Source: an uncultured Clostridia bacterium (GTDB lineage Bacteria > Bacillota > Clostridia > TANB77 > CAG-508). From it: a DNA stretch of 64,000 bases. The DNA lies in the NCBI GenBank assembly GCA_934168355.1, contig CAKPNI010000002.1:977-64976 (forward strand), read 5' to 3'. The translations under genes and the position numbers were made by a program. The notes under the pieces are model-generated. The model made no database searches. It was not told the DNA's origin and saw nothing but the letters and a program-made list of their open reading frames with translations. Positions 1 through 10,788 of the stretch are shown piece after piece (position 1 is the stretch's first letter; every line of letters starts with the position of its first letter).

Positions 1-1
1 A

Positions 2-847
2 ATTTTGTTGTTTACCAATTACATTAATGATGATAGAAGGTTTAATTTTGTAGCTATTGAAGAACCAGAAGCACATATGTGTATAAATAATCTAAATATA
101 GCAATAGACTTTATTAGTAAAAGTATAGAAAAATTAAACAACAATAACTTTAATCAGATACTAATTACAACACATAACTATGGTATAATTAATAAATTAA
201 AATTTAATAATGTTGTATTGTTAAAAGAATCAAAGGCTATAAATTTTAGTGAATATGAAAAGGCAAGCAAATATCTTGCTAAAAGACCTAATTTTGATAT
301 TTTAAAAATTTTGCTTGCTAAAAGAGTTATATTAGTTGAAGGGACTACAGAGGAAATGCTTATAAATACATATTTACAAAAAAATAAGGATAATTTAAAT
401 ATGGCGGAAGTAATTGTTACTGGAAAAGGCTATAAAACATTTTTAGATATTTGGAAATTAATCAACAAAGATACAGATAAAAAAATTGGGGTAGTTAGGG
501 ATTATGATAATGAATCGAAAGCAAAAAAGGAACACCATGAATATGATAATGGTATAAATATTTTTGTAAGAACAACAGAAGGCTATACTCTTGAGGATGA
601 CTTAGTAAAACAAGGCAGAAATAAAAGTAAACTAGAAAAAATTTTTAGAGAAGAAATAAAAAATGATGAAATAACACATTATTTAAAAACTAACAAAGCA
701 GAAGCAATGTATAAAATATGTGATGAAATATTAGAGGGTAGTGCTAATATTGAATTACCAAAACATATAAAGGAGATTATAGATAAGGTATGCGAAAAGG
801 CCAAGTGCAAATTGCAGGAGCAGGAGCAGGAAAAACATATGGATTAG
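2..847 (+). CDS. gajA: OLD-family ATP-dependent endonuclease, GajA-like (5' end outside window)
   Basis: The translation has the OLD ATPase signature AIEEPEAHM and a Toprim core (RVILVEGTTEEMLI ... VVRDYDNE). A UvrD-like helicase follows directly, which is the class-2 OLD / Gabija gene order. Confidence 0.7.
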   Translation: MLLFTNYINDDRRFNFVAIEEPEAHMCINNLNIAIDFISKSIEKLNNNNFNQILITTHNYGIINKLKFNNVVLLKESKAINFSEYEKASKYLAKRPNFDILKILLAKRVILVEGTTEEMLINTYLQKNKDNLNMAEVIVTGKGYKTFLDIWKLINKDTDKKIGVVRDYDNESKAKKEHHEYDNGINIFVRTTEGYTLEDDLVKQGRNKSKLEKIFREEIKNDEITHYLKTNKAEAMYKICDEILEGSANIELPKHIKEIIDKVCEKAKCKLQEQEQEKHMD

Positions 848-2137
848 CAGAATTGATATGTAATAGTGAAATAGAAAAACGGAAAAAACATATATGCTAT
901 AACATATACTAATTATGCTAAAAGAAATATAGAAGAGAAAGTATTGGAACAAAAAGGATATATTCCTAATAATATAAAAATATCTACAATACATACTTTT
1001 TTATTGAATGAAATTATTTATCCATATAGTAGTTATATATTGAATAAAAAAATAAATAAGGCATCTTCAGTTTCTTTGCCTAATGATATAAAAACAAGAA
1101 ACAGTAAAATGTCTCAACTAGAAAAGCAAGGGATAGTGCATAACGAAAAAGTTTTTAATATGGCAAAACAAATTCTTGTAGGGAATAAACAGCAAACAAA
1201 GAAAGAAAAAGATAGAAGAAGTTTAATAATTAATCACTTTATAGCTTCAATTGATTCTATTTATATTGATGAAGCACAAGATTTAGATAATGATATTATT
1301 GATATTATAAAATTAATAGCACTAAATAATGTATACATTTATATGGTTGGTGATCCCAAACAAGCTCTTAGAAATACAAAAGTTTTTTTGGATTTTGTAG
1401 ATGAGGTGAAAAATGAAAAAATAACAAATATGCAAATGCTTCCTAATAATAATACGACAAGAAGATTGCCAAAGGAAATTGTTAAAATTACAAATTTGTA
1501 TTGTATGGATGACCAACAACAAAATTCAATATCAGATATAAAAGGAAATATATCTTACATATATGTAGAAGATAATGATTTTGAAAAGATTTTTGATGAT
1601 ATAAAAAATAAAAAAGGACTTATTTATACCAGAAAAAAAGAGGGAGAATTTAATACTAAAAAAGAGAAAAATATTATGACATCAGAATTAAAAAGAATAT
1701 TGTTAGAGAAAAAAGAAGAAAAAGATGATGAAGATGCATTTTTATATGAAAAAGAAAAAGAGTTGGAAAATATATTGAATAATAATAAGAATTTAAAATC
1801 AAGCTTTTTAGATAAATATGAAATAAGATTACCTAGGGATGAATTTTATAATCTTTTAAATCAAAATGATACTATTACAAAGTATAAAGTAGAATCAATA
1901 GATAAGGTTAAAGGATTAGAAAATGAAAATTGTATGTTTATAGTAAATGATTCAATGTTAAAATATTTATTGAAGAAAAATATTGAAAGAAATAAGGAAT
2001 TAAATTATTTATATGTGGCTTTAACAAGAACAAAATGCAATCTTATTTTAGGAATTTACACGAAAGAAGACAAGCTAGTAATAGACAGCCAATTGCAAAA
2101 ATTAGGAATATATAAATATAAGAAAATTAATGAATAA
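790..2137 (+). CDS. gajB: UvrD/PcrA-like SF1 helicase, GajB-like; frame interrupted (+1) at CGG 880-882
   Basis: ATG 790 gives MRKGQVQIAGAGAGKTYGLAELI (Walker A) but this frame stops at 910-912. Motif Ia (ITYTNYAK), YIDEAQDLD and C-terminal YVALTRTKCNLIL lie in the +1 frame (ORF 944..2137). The frames join if C880 is skipped (..EIEK-G-KNIYAITYTNYAK). Confidence 0.65.
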
Positions 2138-2231
2138 GATTTATATTGTAAAAAATAAATTTGCTAAAATTTTACAAATTATGTTAAAATTGATAAATAA
2201 TACTGTAAACTAAAAAGGAAAATGCATAATT

Positions 2232-2294
2232 GACTCTGATAATAATGAATGATATTAATTGATATTTTTAATAAGATTCATTATTATCAGAGTC
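2232..2294. terminator. perfect 19-bp inverted repeat (25-nt spacer) between convergent helicase and XRE genes
   Basis: gactctgataataatgaat (2232-2250) is the exact reverse complement of 2276-2294. The right arm overlaps the last codons of the minus-strand XRE gene. This may be a bidirectional terminator. Confidence 0.4.
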
Positions 2295-2684
2295 TTTAGG
2301 TAATGTAGAAGATAATCTTTTAAAAAACTGTTTATTTGCTTTTATTAAATCTCTAAACAAATCCAATTGTTCTTGAGAAATTTCTTCGCCTTCTTCTATA
2401 ATTCCAAGTTTTATAAATTCTTTTTGCAAAAAAGTCACATCATTATTAATATATTCTTCAGGATTCTTTATGCTGCTTAATCCCCTTAAATAGTCAATAG
2501 TACAAGAAAAATAGTTTGCGATTGTTTCTTCAACAATAGAATCTAAATTGGTACTAAATCCAGTTTCATAGTTACTAATAGTTTGCTGAGAACAACCAAC
2601 TATTTTGGCAAGATCAGATTGCTTTAATCCTGCTGATAATCTCAAATCCTTTAATCTATTTTTTGTTTCTTTTTTACTTTTCAT
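2268..2684 (-). CDS. XRE-family helix-turn-helix transcriptional regulator
   Basis: LRLSAGLKQSDLAKIVGCSQQTISNYETG is a typical Cro/C1 HTH. The start was chosen at MKSKKETK, which has GGAGTG 8 nt upstream; the ORF track starts 9 nt earlier. Confidence 0.8.
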   Translation of the reverse strand: MKSKKETKNRLKDLRLSAGLKQSDLAKIVGCSQQTISNYETGFSTNLDSIVEETIANYFSCTIDYLRGLSSIKNPEEYINNDVTFLQKEFIKLGIIEEGEEISQEQLDLFRDLIKANKQFFKRLSSTLPKDSDNNESY

Positions 2685-2922
2685 ACTAATCACACTCCAA
2701 AGAAAAAATATTAAATTCTATGTCTATTATACAATTATGATTTGTATGATGTCAAGAGACTATGAAAGAAAAAATGAACATATTGATTAGTATATAATAG
2801 ATAATGGTATATTTTGTTGGTTTATATAAAACTATATAATTCAATAATTTCAAGTTATTATTGAATCATACAAATGTAAAATATATAAAAAATAGCTTTT
2901 TTAAAAAAATTTTGAAAAACTA

Positions 2923-2951
2923 TTGACATACCACTCACATTAGTATATAAT
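2923..2951 (+). promoter_or_regulatory. sigma-A-type promoter (TTGACA-17-TATAAT)
   Basis: Exact TTGACA at 2923-2928, a 17-nt spacer, and TATAAT at 2946-2951, upstream of the excisionase-type HTH gene. Confidence 0.55.
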
Positions 2952-3028
2952 TACAGCATACCAACAGAAATTGTATAAAATTATTATAATAGTTAAGAGT
3001 TTTTTATATTATGATTGGAGATGAGATA

Positions 3029-3340
3029 ATGTCAGATCAAATTTTAACAACAAAAGAGGCTTGTGCTTATTTAGGTGTAAGTTATTGGACTTTGTTACAT
3101 AAGTTAGTAAAAGAAATTCCACATATAAGAATAGGGAAAAGAGGAAATATTAGGTTTAGGAAAAGCACATTAGATAGGTATTTAGATAAACAAGAAGAGA
3201 AAAGTGAAGATAATATAGAGCAAGACCTAACTCCAAATAGAAGAGAAGAAAATATAGTAGAACTTAGAGAAAAATATAACAAGACAAATAAAGTAAAATC
3301 AATAGAAGAAATAATGCAAACTGTTAAATTTAAGAAATAA
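3029..3340 (+). CDS. excisionase-family (MerR-like) HTH DNA-binding protein
   Basis: LTTKEACAYLGVSYWTLLHKLVKEIPHIRIGKRGNIRFRKSTLDRYL matches the excisionase-family DNA-binding domain pattern. ATG 3029 follows GGAGA. Confidence 0.6.
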   Translation: MSDQILTTKEACAYLGVSYWTLLHKLVKEIPHIRIGKRGNIRFRKSTLDRYLDKQEEKSEDNIEQDLTPNRREENIVELREKYNKTNKVKSIEEIMQTVKFKK

Positions 3341-3477
3341 TCCAATGATATAAAAAGTAATTTATTTAAAAAAATACTACACAAATATGAAATAATGTGA
3401 TACAATAAAAGACGAAAATTATAAGATAAAGGATAGAAACCTTGAAAATACAATAAAAAAAAGAGGAGGAGAGAGAT

Positions 3478-4203
3478 ATGTCAGGACATAGCAAATGGAG
3501 CAACATACAAGCAAAAAAAGGAAAGGCAGATGCTGCAAGAGGAAAAGTCTTCACAAAACTAGGAAGAGAATTACTAGTAGCAGTAAAAGCAGGAGGACCA
3601 GACCCAGCAGGAAATTCAAAACTAAAAGACGTAATAGCAAAATGTAAAGCTGCAAACATGCCAAATGATACAATAAACAATGCAATAAAAAAAGCATCAG
3701 GAGAAGGAAGTACAGCAACATATGAAGAAATAACATATGAAGGATATGGACCAAGCGGAGTAGCATTAATTGTAGAAGCAAGTACAGACAACAGAAATAG
3801 AACAGCTGCAGATGTAAGACATGTATTTGATAAAGCAGGAGGAAATTTAGGAACAACAGGATGTGTGTCATATATGTTTAGTCAAAAAGGTGTAATTGTA
3901 ATAGAAAGAGAAACATGTAAATTATCAGAAGATGAATTAATGATGCAAGCACTAGAATTTGGAGCAGAAGACTTTGAAGCAAATGAAGATGTATATGAAA
4001 TAACAACGGCACCATCAGATTTTTCATCTGTAAGAGAACAATTAGAAGGGCTTGGAATAGAATTTTTAGAAGCATCAGTTCAAATGGTACCATCAACAAC
4101 AGTAGCACTAGATGAACATGGAGCAGAAAAAATGAATAGATTAATAGACAACCTAAATGACCTAGATGATGTAATGAATGTATATCATAATTGGGAAGAA
4201 TAA
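3478..4203 (+). CDS. yebC: YebC/PmpR-family transcriptional regulator
   Basis: [31 protein letters not shown] is the canonical YebC N-terminus. The ORF is full length (241 aa) with a strong RBS (GAGGAGGAG). Confidence 0.95.
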   Translation: MSGHSKWSNIQAKKGKADAARGKVFTKLGRELLVAVKAGGPDPAGNSKLKDVIAKCKAANMPNDTINNAIKKASGEGSTATYEEITYEGYGPSGVALIVEASTDNRNRTAADVRHVFDKAGGNLGTTGCVSYMFSQKGVIVIERETCKLSEDELMMQALEFGAEDFEANEDVYEITTAPSDFSSVREQLEGLGIEFLEASVQMVPSTTVALDEHGAEKMNRLIDNLNDLDDVMNVYHNWEE

Positions 4204-4224
4204 AAAGTTCTAAAATAAAAAATG

Positions 4225-4267
4225 AATGCATATAATATTTAATGAAATATTATATGCATTTTTTTTG
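4225..4267 (+). terminator. Rho-independent terminator after yebC
   Basis: Perfect 16-bp stem (4225-4240 / 4245-4260), 4-nt loop, then a T-run at 4261-4266. Confidence 0.8.
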
Positions 4268-4280
4268 AGGTATAAATAAA

Positions 4281-5199
4281 ATGATTGAAAATGTTTTAGA
4301 GTATTTCCCGAATTCTATGAAAGAAGCTATAGGAGATTATAAAAAGGAAGACATAGAAGAGATAAGACTAAGAGTTAATCAAAATTTAGCAATAAAAATT
4401 GGACAAATTTTAAAAGAAATTAAATATAAAATAACCCAAAACGAGTTAGAAGAAGTATATGAAAACATAAGTGAAAAATCAATTTATTCATATACAAAGC
4501 AAATATCAGAGGGATTTATAACTATAAAAGGTGGAAATAGAGTAGGGATAACAGGTTCGTGTGTAATAGAAGATGGTAAAGTAATAAATATGAACAATAT
4601 ATCGAGTATGAATTTTAGAATAGCAAGACAATTGAAAGATGTGTCAATACCACTATTAAAAGATGTGATTGATATAGAAAAAAATACTATTTACAATACA
4701 ATGATTGTGTCAGCCCCTGGTGGAGGAAAAACAACAATATTAAGAGATCTGGTAAGAAAACTTTCAAATCGGTATGCCAGAAATTGAATTTTCCCCCAAA
4801 ACCGTCGGTATTGTTGACGAAAGAAGTGAAATTGCTGCAGTGTATAAAGGAATTCCACAAAATGATATAGGAAAATTTACAGATGTTATTGACAATGTAC
4901 CAAAATCAATAGGTATAAATATGCTAATAAGGTCAATGTCTCCACAAATAATTGCATGTGACGAAATTGGAAGCAAAGAAGATGTAGATGCAATTGAAAA
5001 AATGTCATGTTGTGGTGTAAAAGGAATATTTACAGCACATGCAAGTTGTATAAGAGATATTTTATTAAATACAAATTTTAAAAGATTGATTGATTTAAAT
5101 TTAGTTAGAAAAATAGTAGTGTTAGATTGCAATGAAAAAGGAAAAATAAAAGAAGCAATAGATGTTCTAAATCTAAAAAATATGAATATAAATATATAG
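4281..5199 (+). CDS. spoIIIAA: stage III sporulation protein AA (ATPase); frame interrupted (+1) at CGG 4770-4772
   Basis: P-loop SAPGGGKTTILRDLVRKLSN lies in the first frame, which stops at 4785-4787. VGIVDERSEIAAV ... IACDEIG lies in the +1 frame (ORF 4774..5199). Skipping C4770 gives ..KLSN-G-MPEIEF... First gene of the spoIIIA operon. Confidence 0.85.
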
Positions 5200-5221
5200 A
5201 ATTTATACTACAGGAGGAATT

Positions 5222-5740
5222 ATGAGATTTATTAGATATATTTTTTTGATTTCGATACTTATGGGAAGTACAAGCATAGGTTTTTTATTATCCAAATGTT
5301 GTTCAGACAGGCTAAAAGAGTTAAAGAGTTTGGCTAATATGATTAATATTTTTCAAAATAAAATAAAATTTACACATAAGCCACTTGCGGAAATATTTAA
5401 GGAAGTAGCACTTATTAGAAAAGACACTCATTTTTCTGAAATATTTATGAAAACCTCTCAAAAATTAAAAAATAAACCGGCACAATTGGCCTGGAATGAA
5501 TCGATTTCGGAAGAAGAATTTTTTTTGAATTTAAAAAGTGAGGATTTAAATTTAATTAAGACTTTTGGAAATATGCTAGGAAAAACAGATGTAGAGGGAC
5601 AAATAAGTGAAATAAATCAATTTGCGTTTTTATTAAATGGACAAATAGAAAAGGCAAAAGATGAAGAGAGGAAAAATTCAAAAATGTATAAAAGTTTGGG
5701 AACAATAGTAGGTTTAGGCATTGTTATTTTGCTATTTTAA
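5222..5740 (+). CDS. spoIIIAB: stage III sporulation protein AB
   Basis: 172 aa with an N-terminal TM segment. Called from its position and size in the spoIIIA operon. Confidence 0.8.
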   Translation: MRFIRYIFLISILMGSTSIGFLLSKCCSDRLKELKSLANMINIFQNKIKFTHKPLAEIFKEVALIRKDTHFSEIFMKTSQKLKNKPAQLAWNESISEEEFFLNLKSEDLNLIKTFGNMLGKTDVEGQISEINQFAFLLNGQIEKAKDEERKNSKMYKSLGTIVGLGIVILLF

Positions 5741-5791
5741 AAGTGCTTAAAAATCTCTGACCCCAAAAGAGAAAAAGAAAGAGGAAAAAAT

Positions 5792-5986
5792 ATGAATGTA
5801 GATTTATTATTCAAAATAGCTGCTGTGGGAATATTAGTAGCAGTTTTACATCAAGTATTATGTAGAGCGGGAAGAGAAGAACAAGCTATGATGACAACTC
5901 TTGCAGGATTGGTAATAGTATTAACATTAGTTATAAAGGAAATAAGTTCACTATTTGATACGGTAAGAACACTATTTAATTTATAA
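5792..5986 (+). CDS. spoIIIAC: stage III sporulation protein AC
   Basis: 64-aa two-TM protein, FKIAAVGILVAVLHQVLCRAGREEQAMMTTLAG, typical of SpoIIIAC. Confidence 0.9.
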   Translation: MNVDLLFKIAAVGILVAVLHQVLCRAGREEQAMMTTLAGLVIVLTLVIKEISSLFDTVRTLFNL

Positions 5987-6014
5987 AAAAGGAAGATAAA
6001 ACAGGAGAGTAAAG

Positions 6015-6407
6015 ATGAATGAAATAATAAAAATTATAGGAATAGGTTTGATCGCTTTAATACTTATAATTATTATAAAGCAATACAGACCAGAGTTTGC
6101 TATATATATTTCATTAATAGCAGGAACATTAATTTTATATCTGGCACTAAATGAACTAAGCAAAGTGATTGAGCTATTAAAAAATATTAGTGACAAATCT
6201 GGTATAAATAGCCAATTTTTATCTATTTTAATAAAAATGACTGGAATAGCATTTTTGGCAGAATATGCAATAAGTATAAGCAAAGATGCAGGAGAAAATG
6301 CGATTGCAAGTAAGATAGAATTAGGAAGTAAAGCCATAATTATTTCGATGTCAGTACCTATTATTTATAATTTATTAGAAGTTATTTTAAAAATTCTACC
6401 AAATTAA
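6015..6407 (+). CDS. spoIIIAD: stage III sporulation protein AD
   Basis: 130-aa membrane protein containing GIAFLAEYAISISKDAGENAIASKIELGSK, typical of SpoIIIAD. Confidence 0.9.
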   Translation: MNEIIKIIGIGLIALILIIIIKQYRPEFAIYISLIAGTLILYLALNELSKVIELLKNISDKSGINSQFLSILIKMTGIAFLAEYAISISKDAGENAIASKIELGSKAIIISMSVPIIYNLLEVILKILPN

Positions 6408-6432
6408 ATAAAGATAATTAGGGAGTATGCAA

Positions 6433-7618
6433 ATGAAGAAAATAAAGTATTTTTGTATAATACTAATCATTATTTCGATGCCAAAAAATGTGTATGCAGC
6501 AAATATAACAAGTCAAAATGAAGAAAACACATCAATAAATACATCTAGTATAATAGAAAGCCAAGAAGCAAATTTTGGAATTAAAGATTTTTTAAATGAA
6601 ACAGAAAAATATATACCAGATTTTGCTCAAAATATAGATATATCAAATATATTTAATCAAGCATTACAAGGAAACATAGATAACAAGAATTTATTAAAAA
6701 TAACATTAAATTTGTTAGGCTCTGAGGTATTAGGAACTATAAAGGTGTTAATAAACATACTGCTTATTGTTTTAATACATAGTATTTTAAAATCAATTAC
6801 AGAGGGGTTGGAAAATAGTGAAGTTTCGAAAATAATATATTATGTTCAATATATTCTAATAGTAACAATTGTTATGTCAAATTTTTCAGATATATTAAAA
6901 AGCGTAAATACAACAATTGAAAACTTAATAGGATTTTCACAACTATTAATACCATTACTAATAACTCTAATGACTTATACAGGAAGTATAACTACAACAG
7001 CTGTTATTGAACCTATATTACTATTTTTGATAGAATTTATTTCAAATATAATAAAAACACTTATAATACCTGTAATTTCAATAATTGTAGTATTGATTAT
7101 AGTATCAAAAATAACAGATAAAATTCAAATAAGCAAATTAGGCAATTTTTTTAAATCAAGTATTGTATGGTTTTTAGGGATTATGCTAACTGTATTTGTA
7201 GGAGTAGTATCATTAGAGGGAAGCTTAACTTCCAGTGTAGATGGTGTAACAGCCAAAACAGCAAAAGCAGCAATTAGTTCTTTAATTCCAGTTGTACGGA
7301 AAGATATTGGGAGACAGTGTTGATGCAATATTAGGATGTGGAATTTTACTAAAAAATGCTGTTGGAATGGTAGGAGTTATTATAATTATTGGAATATGTA
7401 TTATGCCAATTATAAAACTTGCAACATTTAGCATAATGTATTCATTAACATCTAGCATAATAGAGCCTATAGCAGATGGAAAAATTGTAAAATTATTAGA
7501 CGAAATTAGCGGAATTTTCAAATTATTACTGGCTGTACTTTGCTCTGTATCTGTTTTATTAATAATTGGAATAACACTAGTTGTAAAAATTTCTAATAGT
7601 GGGATGATGTATAGATGA
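6433..7618 (+). CDS. spoIIIAE: stage III sporulation protein AE; frame interrupted (+1) at CGG 7297-7299
   Basis: Polytopic membrane protein split between ORF 6427..7323 and ORF 7292..7618. Skipping C7297 gives ..AISSLIPVV-G-KILGDSVDAILGCGILLKNAVG. Confidence 0.85.
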
Positions 7619-8169
7619 TAAGTTTTTTGAGTAACTGGATAGAACAAATAACAATTTCGATAATAACGGTGAGTATATTTGAATTAATACTTCCAAAAGG
7701 AAATTTAAAAAAGTATATTAAAGTAGTACTTGGAATATATATAATATTTTGTATTATTTCACCATTTGTAAATACATCTAAATTATATGATTTGGAAAAC
7801 TTTGATACAAATAAATTGGCAAAAGAAAAATCAAGCTCTGTAAATCAAGAAAGTATGGATAAAAGATTGCAAAATTTATACATAGATGAACTGAAAAAAG
7901 ATATTTCAAAAAAAGTGAATGAAAATGGATACAATGTTGAAAAGATAGACATTGATGCAAATTTGCAACAAGATAGTGAAAATCCAGGAATACATAATAT
8001 TGATTTAGTGATAACAAATAACAAAATAGAAAGTGTAAAAAAAGTAGAGATAGGAAACAAAAAAGAAGATGAAACAAAACAAAATAATGAAAATATAGAA
8101 AAAATAAAAGAAGAATTAGCAAAATATTATGAAGTCGATAAAAAAATTATAAATGTAAAATTAGAATAA
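7615..8169 (+). CDS. spoIIIAF: stage III sporulation protein AF
   Basis: 184 aa with two N-terminal TM segments. The start overlaps the spoIIIAE stop (ATGA), and the position in the operon fits. Confidence 0.75.
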   Translation: MISFLSNWIEQITISIITVSIFELILPKGNLKKYIKVVLGIYIIFCIISPFVNTSKLYDLENFDTNKLAKEKSSSVNQESMDKRLQNLYIDELKKDISKKVNENGYNVEKIDIDANLQQDSENPGIHNIDLVITNNKIESVKKVEIGNKKEDETKQNNENIEKIKEELAKYYEVDKKIINVKLE

Positions 8170-8185
8170 TTGGGAGGATAAAATT

Positions 8186-8791
8186 ATGGGAAATTTACTA
8201 AAGAGTTTAAAACCCAAGGAAGAAAACAACAATAGCAAAAAGAAAATTGAAAATATAGTATTTTTAATTATAATATTAGTAGTTACTCTTATTATAATAA
8301 ATACTATTTGGAGAGATGATGGCGGAAATAAAGAAACTAATCAAAATACAAATACTTCTTCTAAAGAGATTTTGGCAGATGAGAACCAAAATAATGAAAC
8401 AAAGACAGAGTTAGAAGGAAAACTGGAAAAAATTTTAGGTACAATAAAAAATGTTGGAAAAGTAAATGTTTTAATAAACTATGCTGAAAGCAGTAGTTTA
8501 GTTCCATTATATAATGAAAGTACAACAACAAGTAGTACAGAAGAGGGAGATTCATCAGGGGGAACTAGAAACGTGACAGAAACAGAAACGAAAAAAGATA
8601 TTGTATTTTCGGAATCATCAGGAAGCAAAGAGCCAATAACTCAAAAAAAGATTATGCCAACAATTCAAGGAGCTATTATCACAGCAGAAGGTGCAAAAGA
8701 TGTAAATGTAAAAACAGATATAATAAATGCTGTATGTGCTGTTACAGGACTAAGTATAGACAAAGTGCAAGTGTTTGAAATTAACACTTAA
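8186..8791 (+). CDS. spoIIIAG: stage III sporulation protein AG
   Basis: N-terminal TM segment. C-terminal KVNVLINYAESS ... IQGAIITAEGAKDVNVKTDIINAVCAVTGLSIDKVQVFE is typical of SpoIIIAG. Confidence 0.85.
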   Translation: MGNLLKSLKPKEENNNSKKKIENIVFLIIILVVTLIIINTIWRDDGGNKETNQNTNTSSKEILADENQNNETKTELEGKLEKILGTIKNVGKVNVLINYAESSSLVPLYNESTTTSSTEEGDSSGGTRNVTETETKKDIVFSESSGSKEPITQKKIMPTIQGAIITAEGAKDVNVKTDIINAVCAVTGLSIDKVQVFEINT

Positions 8792-8810
8792 TGATTTTAG
8801 GGAGGTATAT

Positions 8811-9416
8811 ATGAAAAAATTTAAGAAAAGTGAAATTGCAATTTATGCTATAGCATTAATGCTAGTTACTGCAGGATATTTTAATTATACAACATTCAAT
8901 AATCAAACTGCAGAAACATATTCAGAAGATGTTGAAAACCTAAGCGATGAATATGCAAATGTGGGCGATGCTGTTCTTGTTAGTAACAATGAAGTGAATA
9001 ATGATGAAAATGCAAACGAAACAAAAGAAAACAAAGCAGATAATCAAAATACATCACAAGAAGAGGAGCAAGATTACTATGCATCATCTAAACTTGAAAG
9101 AGAAAAAATGTATGCAGAAATGGTATCTAATTATCAAAAAATAATCGAAAACACAAATTCATCAGAAGCACAAAAAAGTATTGCAACACAGGAAATAACC
9201 AAAATAAACAATACAAAAAATGCGATTATGATATGTGAAAATTTAATACAAACTAAAGGCTTTGAAAATTGTGTAGTTTTGGTAAATGAAGATAGTGTAA
9301 ATGTGGTTGTAAAAATAGGTGACGGGCTAAATACAGAAGGAGTTGCTAAAATTCAAAATATTGTTTCTAGGGAACTTAATACACAGATTGATAATATACA
9401 TATTACAGAAAAATAG
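8811..9416 (+). CDS. spoIIIAH: stage III sporulation protein AH
   Basis: ATG 8811 follows GGGAGG. N-terminal TM segment, acidic linker, and a C-terminal region (ICENLIQTKGFENCVVLVNEDSVNVVVK) typical of SpoIIIAH. Confidence 0.8.
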   Translation: MKKFKKSEIAIYAIALMLVTAGYFNYTTFNNQTAETYSEDVENLSDEYANVGDAVLVSNNEVNNDENANETKENKADNQNTSQEEEQDYYASSKLEREKMYAEMVSNYQKIIENTNSSEAQKSIATQEITKINNTKNAIMICENLIQTKGFENCVVLVNEDSVNVVVKIGDGLNTEGVAKIQNIVSRELNTQIDNIHITEK

Positions 9417-9448
9417 GACAAAAGGACTAGGTCTTTTGTGTCCTTTTT
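9413..9448 (+). terminator. Rho-independent terminator after spoIIIAH
   Basis: aggacaaaag / cttttgtcct stem followed by TTTTT. Confidence 0.65.
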
Positions 9449-9485
9449 CGATTTCTTAAAAAAATTTTTTAAAATGAAAGAGAAA

Positions 9486-9528
9486 TATTACAAAAATATT
9501 ACAAAAAAATTAATTTTATATTACAAAA
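9486..9528 (+). promoter_or_regulatory. three phased direct repeats of TATTACAAAA upstream of the pilus locus
   Basis: Exact TATTACAAAA at 9486, 9497 and 9519, with offsets of 11 and 22 nt. The same motif in triplicate is found at 48209-48240. Confidence 0.45.
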
Positions 9529-9617
9529 TAAATAAAATATTGATTTAATAAGTCAAATGATGTAAAATAAAAAAAGAAAATAATGATTAATTTTATTTAA
9601 ATAGAGGAGGAATTAAA

Positions 9618-10763
9618 ATGGCAACAAATCCAATGCAAAGACAAGCAAGAAATTCATTTTTATTAGGAATGGTGGTTACATTACTTATTGCAGGAGTAAT
9701 AGTAGCTTTATTATTTATGCAAATAAAAAAATTAAACGAGAAAATACAAGCAGATAAAGCTGCAACAAGAAGTGTGTATGTATTAACACAAAATATAAAA
9801 TCTGGGCAAGTACTAACATCTGATTTATTTAGTTTAAAAACAGTAAGAACAGATGGAATTCCAGAAAATGCAACAAGTGACATTACAACAATGTTACAAA
9901 ATTACTCATTATGTGATAAATCTGGAAGAGACATATATACAGATGCTGATGGAAATTTATTTATGAATTCAGATAATGGAAGTAAAATAACAGTATATAA
10001 AGAAGATGCAACAGGAAGTTATTATACACAAGCACAAAATGGAACAAAAACATATATAGAAACAACACAAAAACCATTAGTTGCAAAAATAGATATGAAA
10101 GCAAATACAGTAATTGCAAGTTCTTTTATTACAAGAGCAGATGATATAGATACAGATGACGTAAGACAGCAAGAATATAATTCAATAGTATTACCAGTAG
10201 ACTTATTTACAGGTGACTATGTAGATATAAGATTATTACTACCAAGTGGTCAAGACTATATAGTAGTATCAAAAAAGATGGTAACAGTACCAAATGTAAA
10301 TGGAGAATACTTAGCAGATACAATTCAAATGAAGATGGCAGAAGAAGAAATACTTTCACTTTCAAATGCTATAGTTGAAGCATATAGAATTGAAGGAGCA
10401 AAATTATATGCTACAAAATACACAGAAGCAGGATTACAAGAAGCATCATCTCCAACATATGTTGTAAGTGATGAAGTAGCAAAATTAATTGAAGCAGATC
10501 CTAATATTGTAAGTAAAGCAATGGCAGAATTAAGTGCAAGATATAATGCAAACAATGGGGCTTTAAAAAGTATGAGAAGCCAAAATATAAATAGTGCTAT
10601 ATCAAATTATGGTAAAGATGAAAATGTTAATACAAAAATGGAAGAAAGTATAACATCAACAAAAGAATCAAGACAACAATATTTACAATCTTTAACAGGA
10701 ACAGCAGGAACAACAGGAACAACAGGAACAACATCTACACAATCTACTAGTACAAAAAATTAA
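9618..10763 (+). CDS. CpaB/RcpC-like (SAF-domain) pilus assembly protein
   Basis: N-terminal TM segment, then SVYVLTQNIKSGQVLTSDLFSLKTVRTDGIPENA, which resembles the CpaB SAF domain. First gene of a CpaF-containing locus. The C-terminus is a TGT-rich tandem repeat. Confidence 0.5.
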   Translation: MATNPMQRQARNSFLLGMVVTLLIAGVIVALLFMQIKKLNEKIQADKAATRSVYVLTQNIKSGQVLTSDLFSLKTVRTDGIPENATSDITTMLQNYSLCDKSGRDIYTDADGNLFMNSDNGSKITVYKEDATGSYYTQAQNGTKTYIETTQKPLVAKIDMKANTVIASSFITRADDIDTDDVRQQEYNSIVLPVDLFTGDYVDIRLLLPSGQDYIVVSKKMVTVPNVNGEYLADTIQMKMAEEEILSLSNAIVEAYRIEGAKLYATKYTEAGLQEASSPTYVVSDEVAKLIEADPNIVSKAMAELSARYNANNGALKSMRSQNINSAISNYGKDENVNTKMEESITSTKESRQQYLQSLTGTAGTTGTTGTTSTQSTSTKN

Positions 10764-10788
10764 TTAGATAAAAAGGAAAGGATTTAAT

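Noticed and set aside
1-3340. Calling the start of the window a prophage or integrative element.
   Set aside because: Only an XRE gene, an excisionase-type HTH gene and a defence gene pair are visible. No integrase, att repeats or structural or conjugation genes lie within the window, so this is left as a hint only.
3366-4231. Three minus-strand ORFs (3366..3791, 3551..3871, 3878..4231) overlapping yebC. Many similar antisense ORFs of 60-140 aa lie over other + strand genes.
   Set aside because: They mirror well-supported + strand genes, lack RBSs, and encode low-complexity Leu/Phe/Ile-rich strings. That is expected from reading purine-rich AT-biased coding DNA backwards. They are treated as artefacts.
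10697-10735. Tandem GGAACAACA repeats at the 3' end of the CpaB-like gene.
   Set aside because: The repeat is short and in frame, encoding a TGT-rich tail. It is likely a low-complexity linker rather than a regulatory or phase-variable element.
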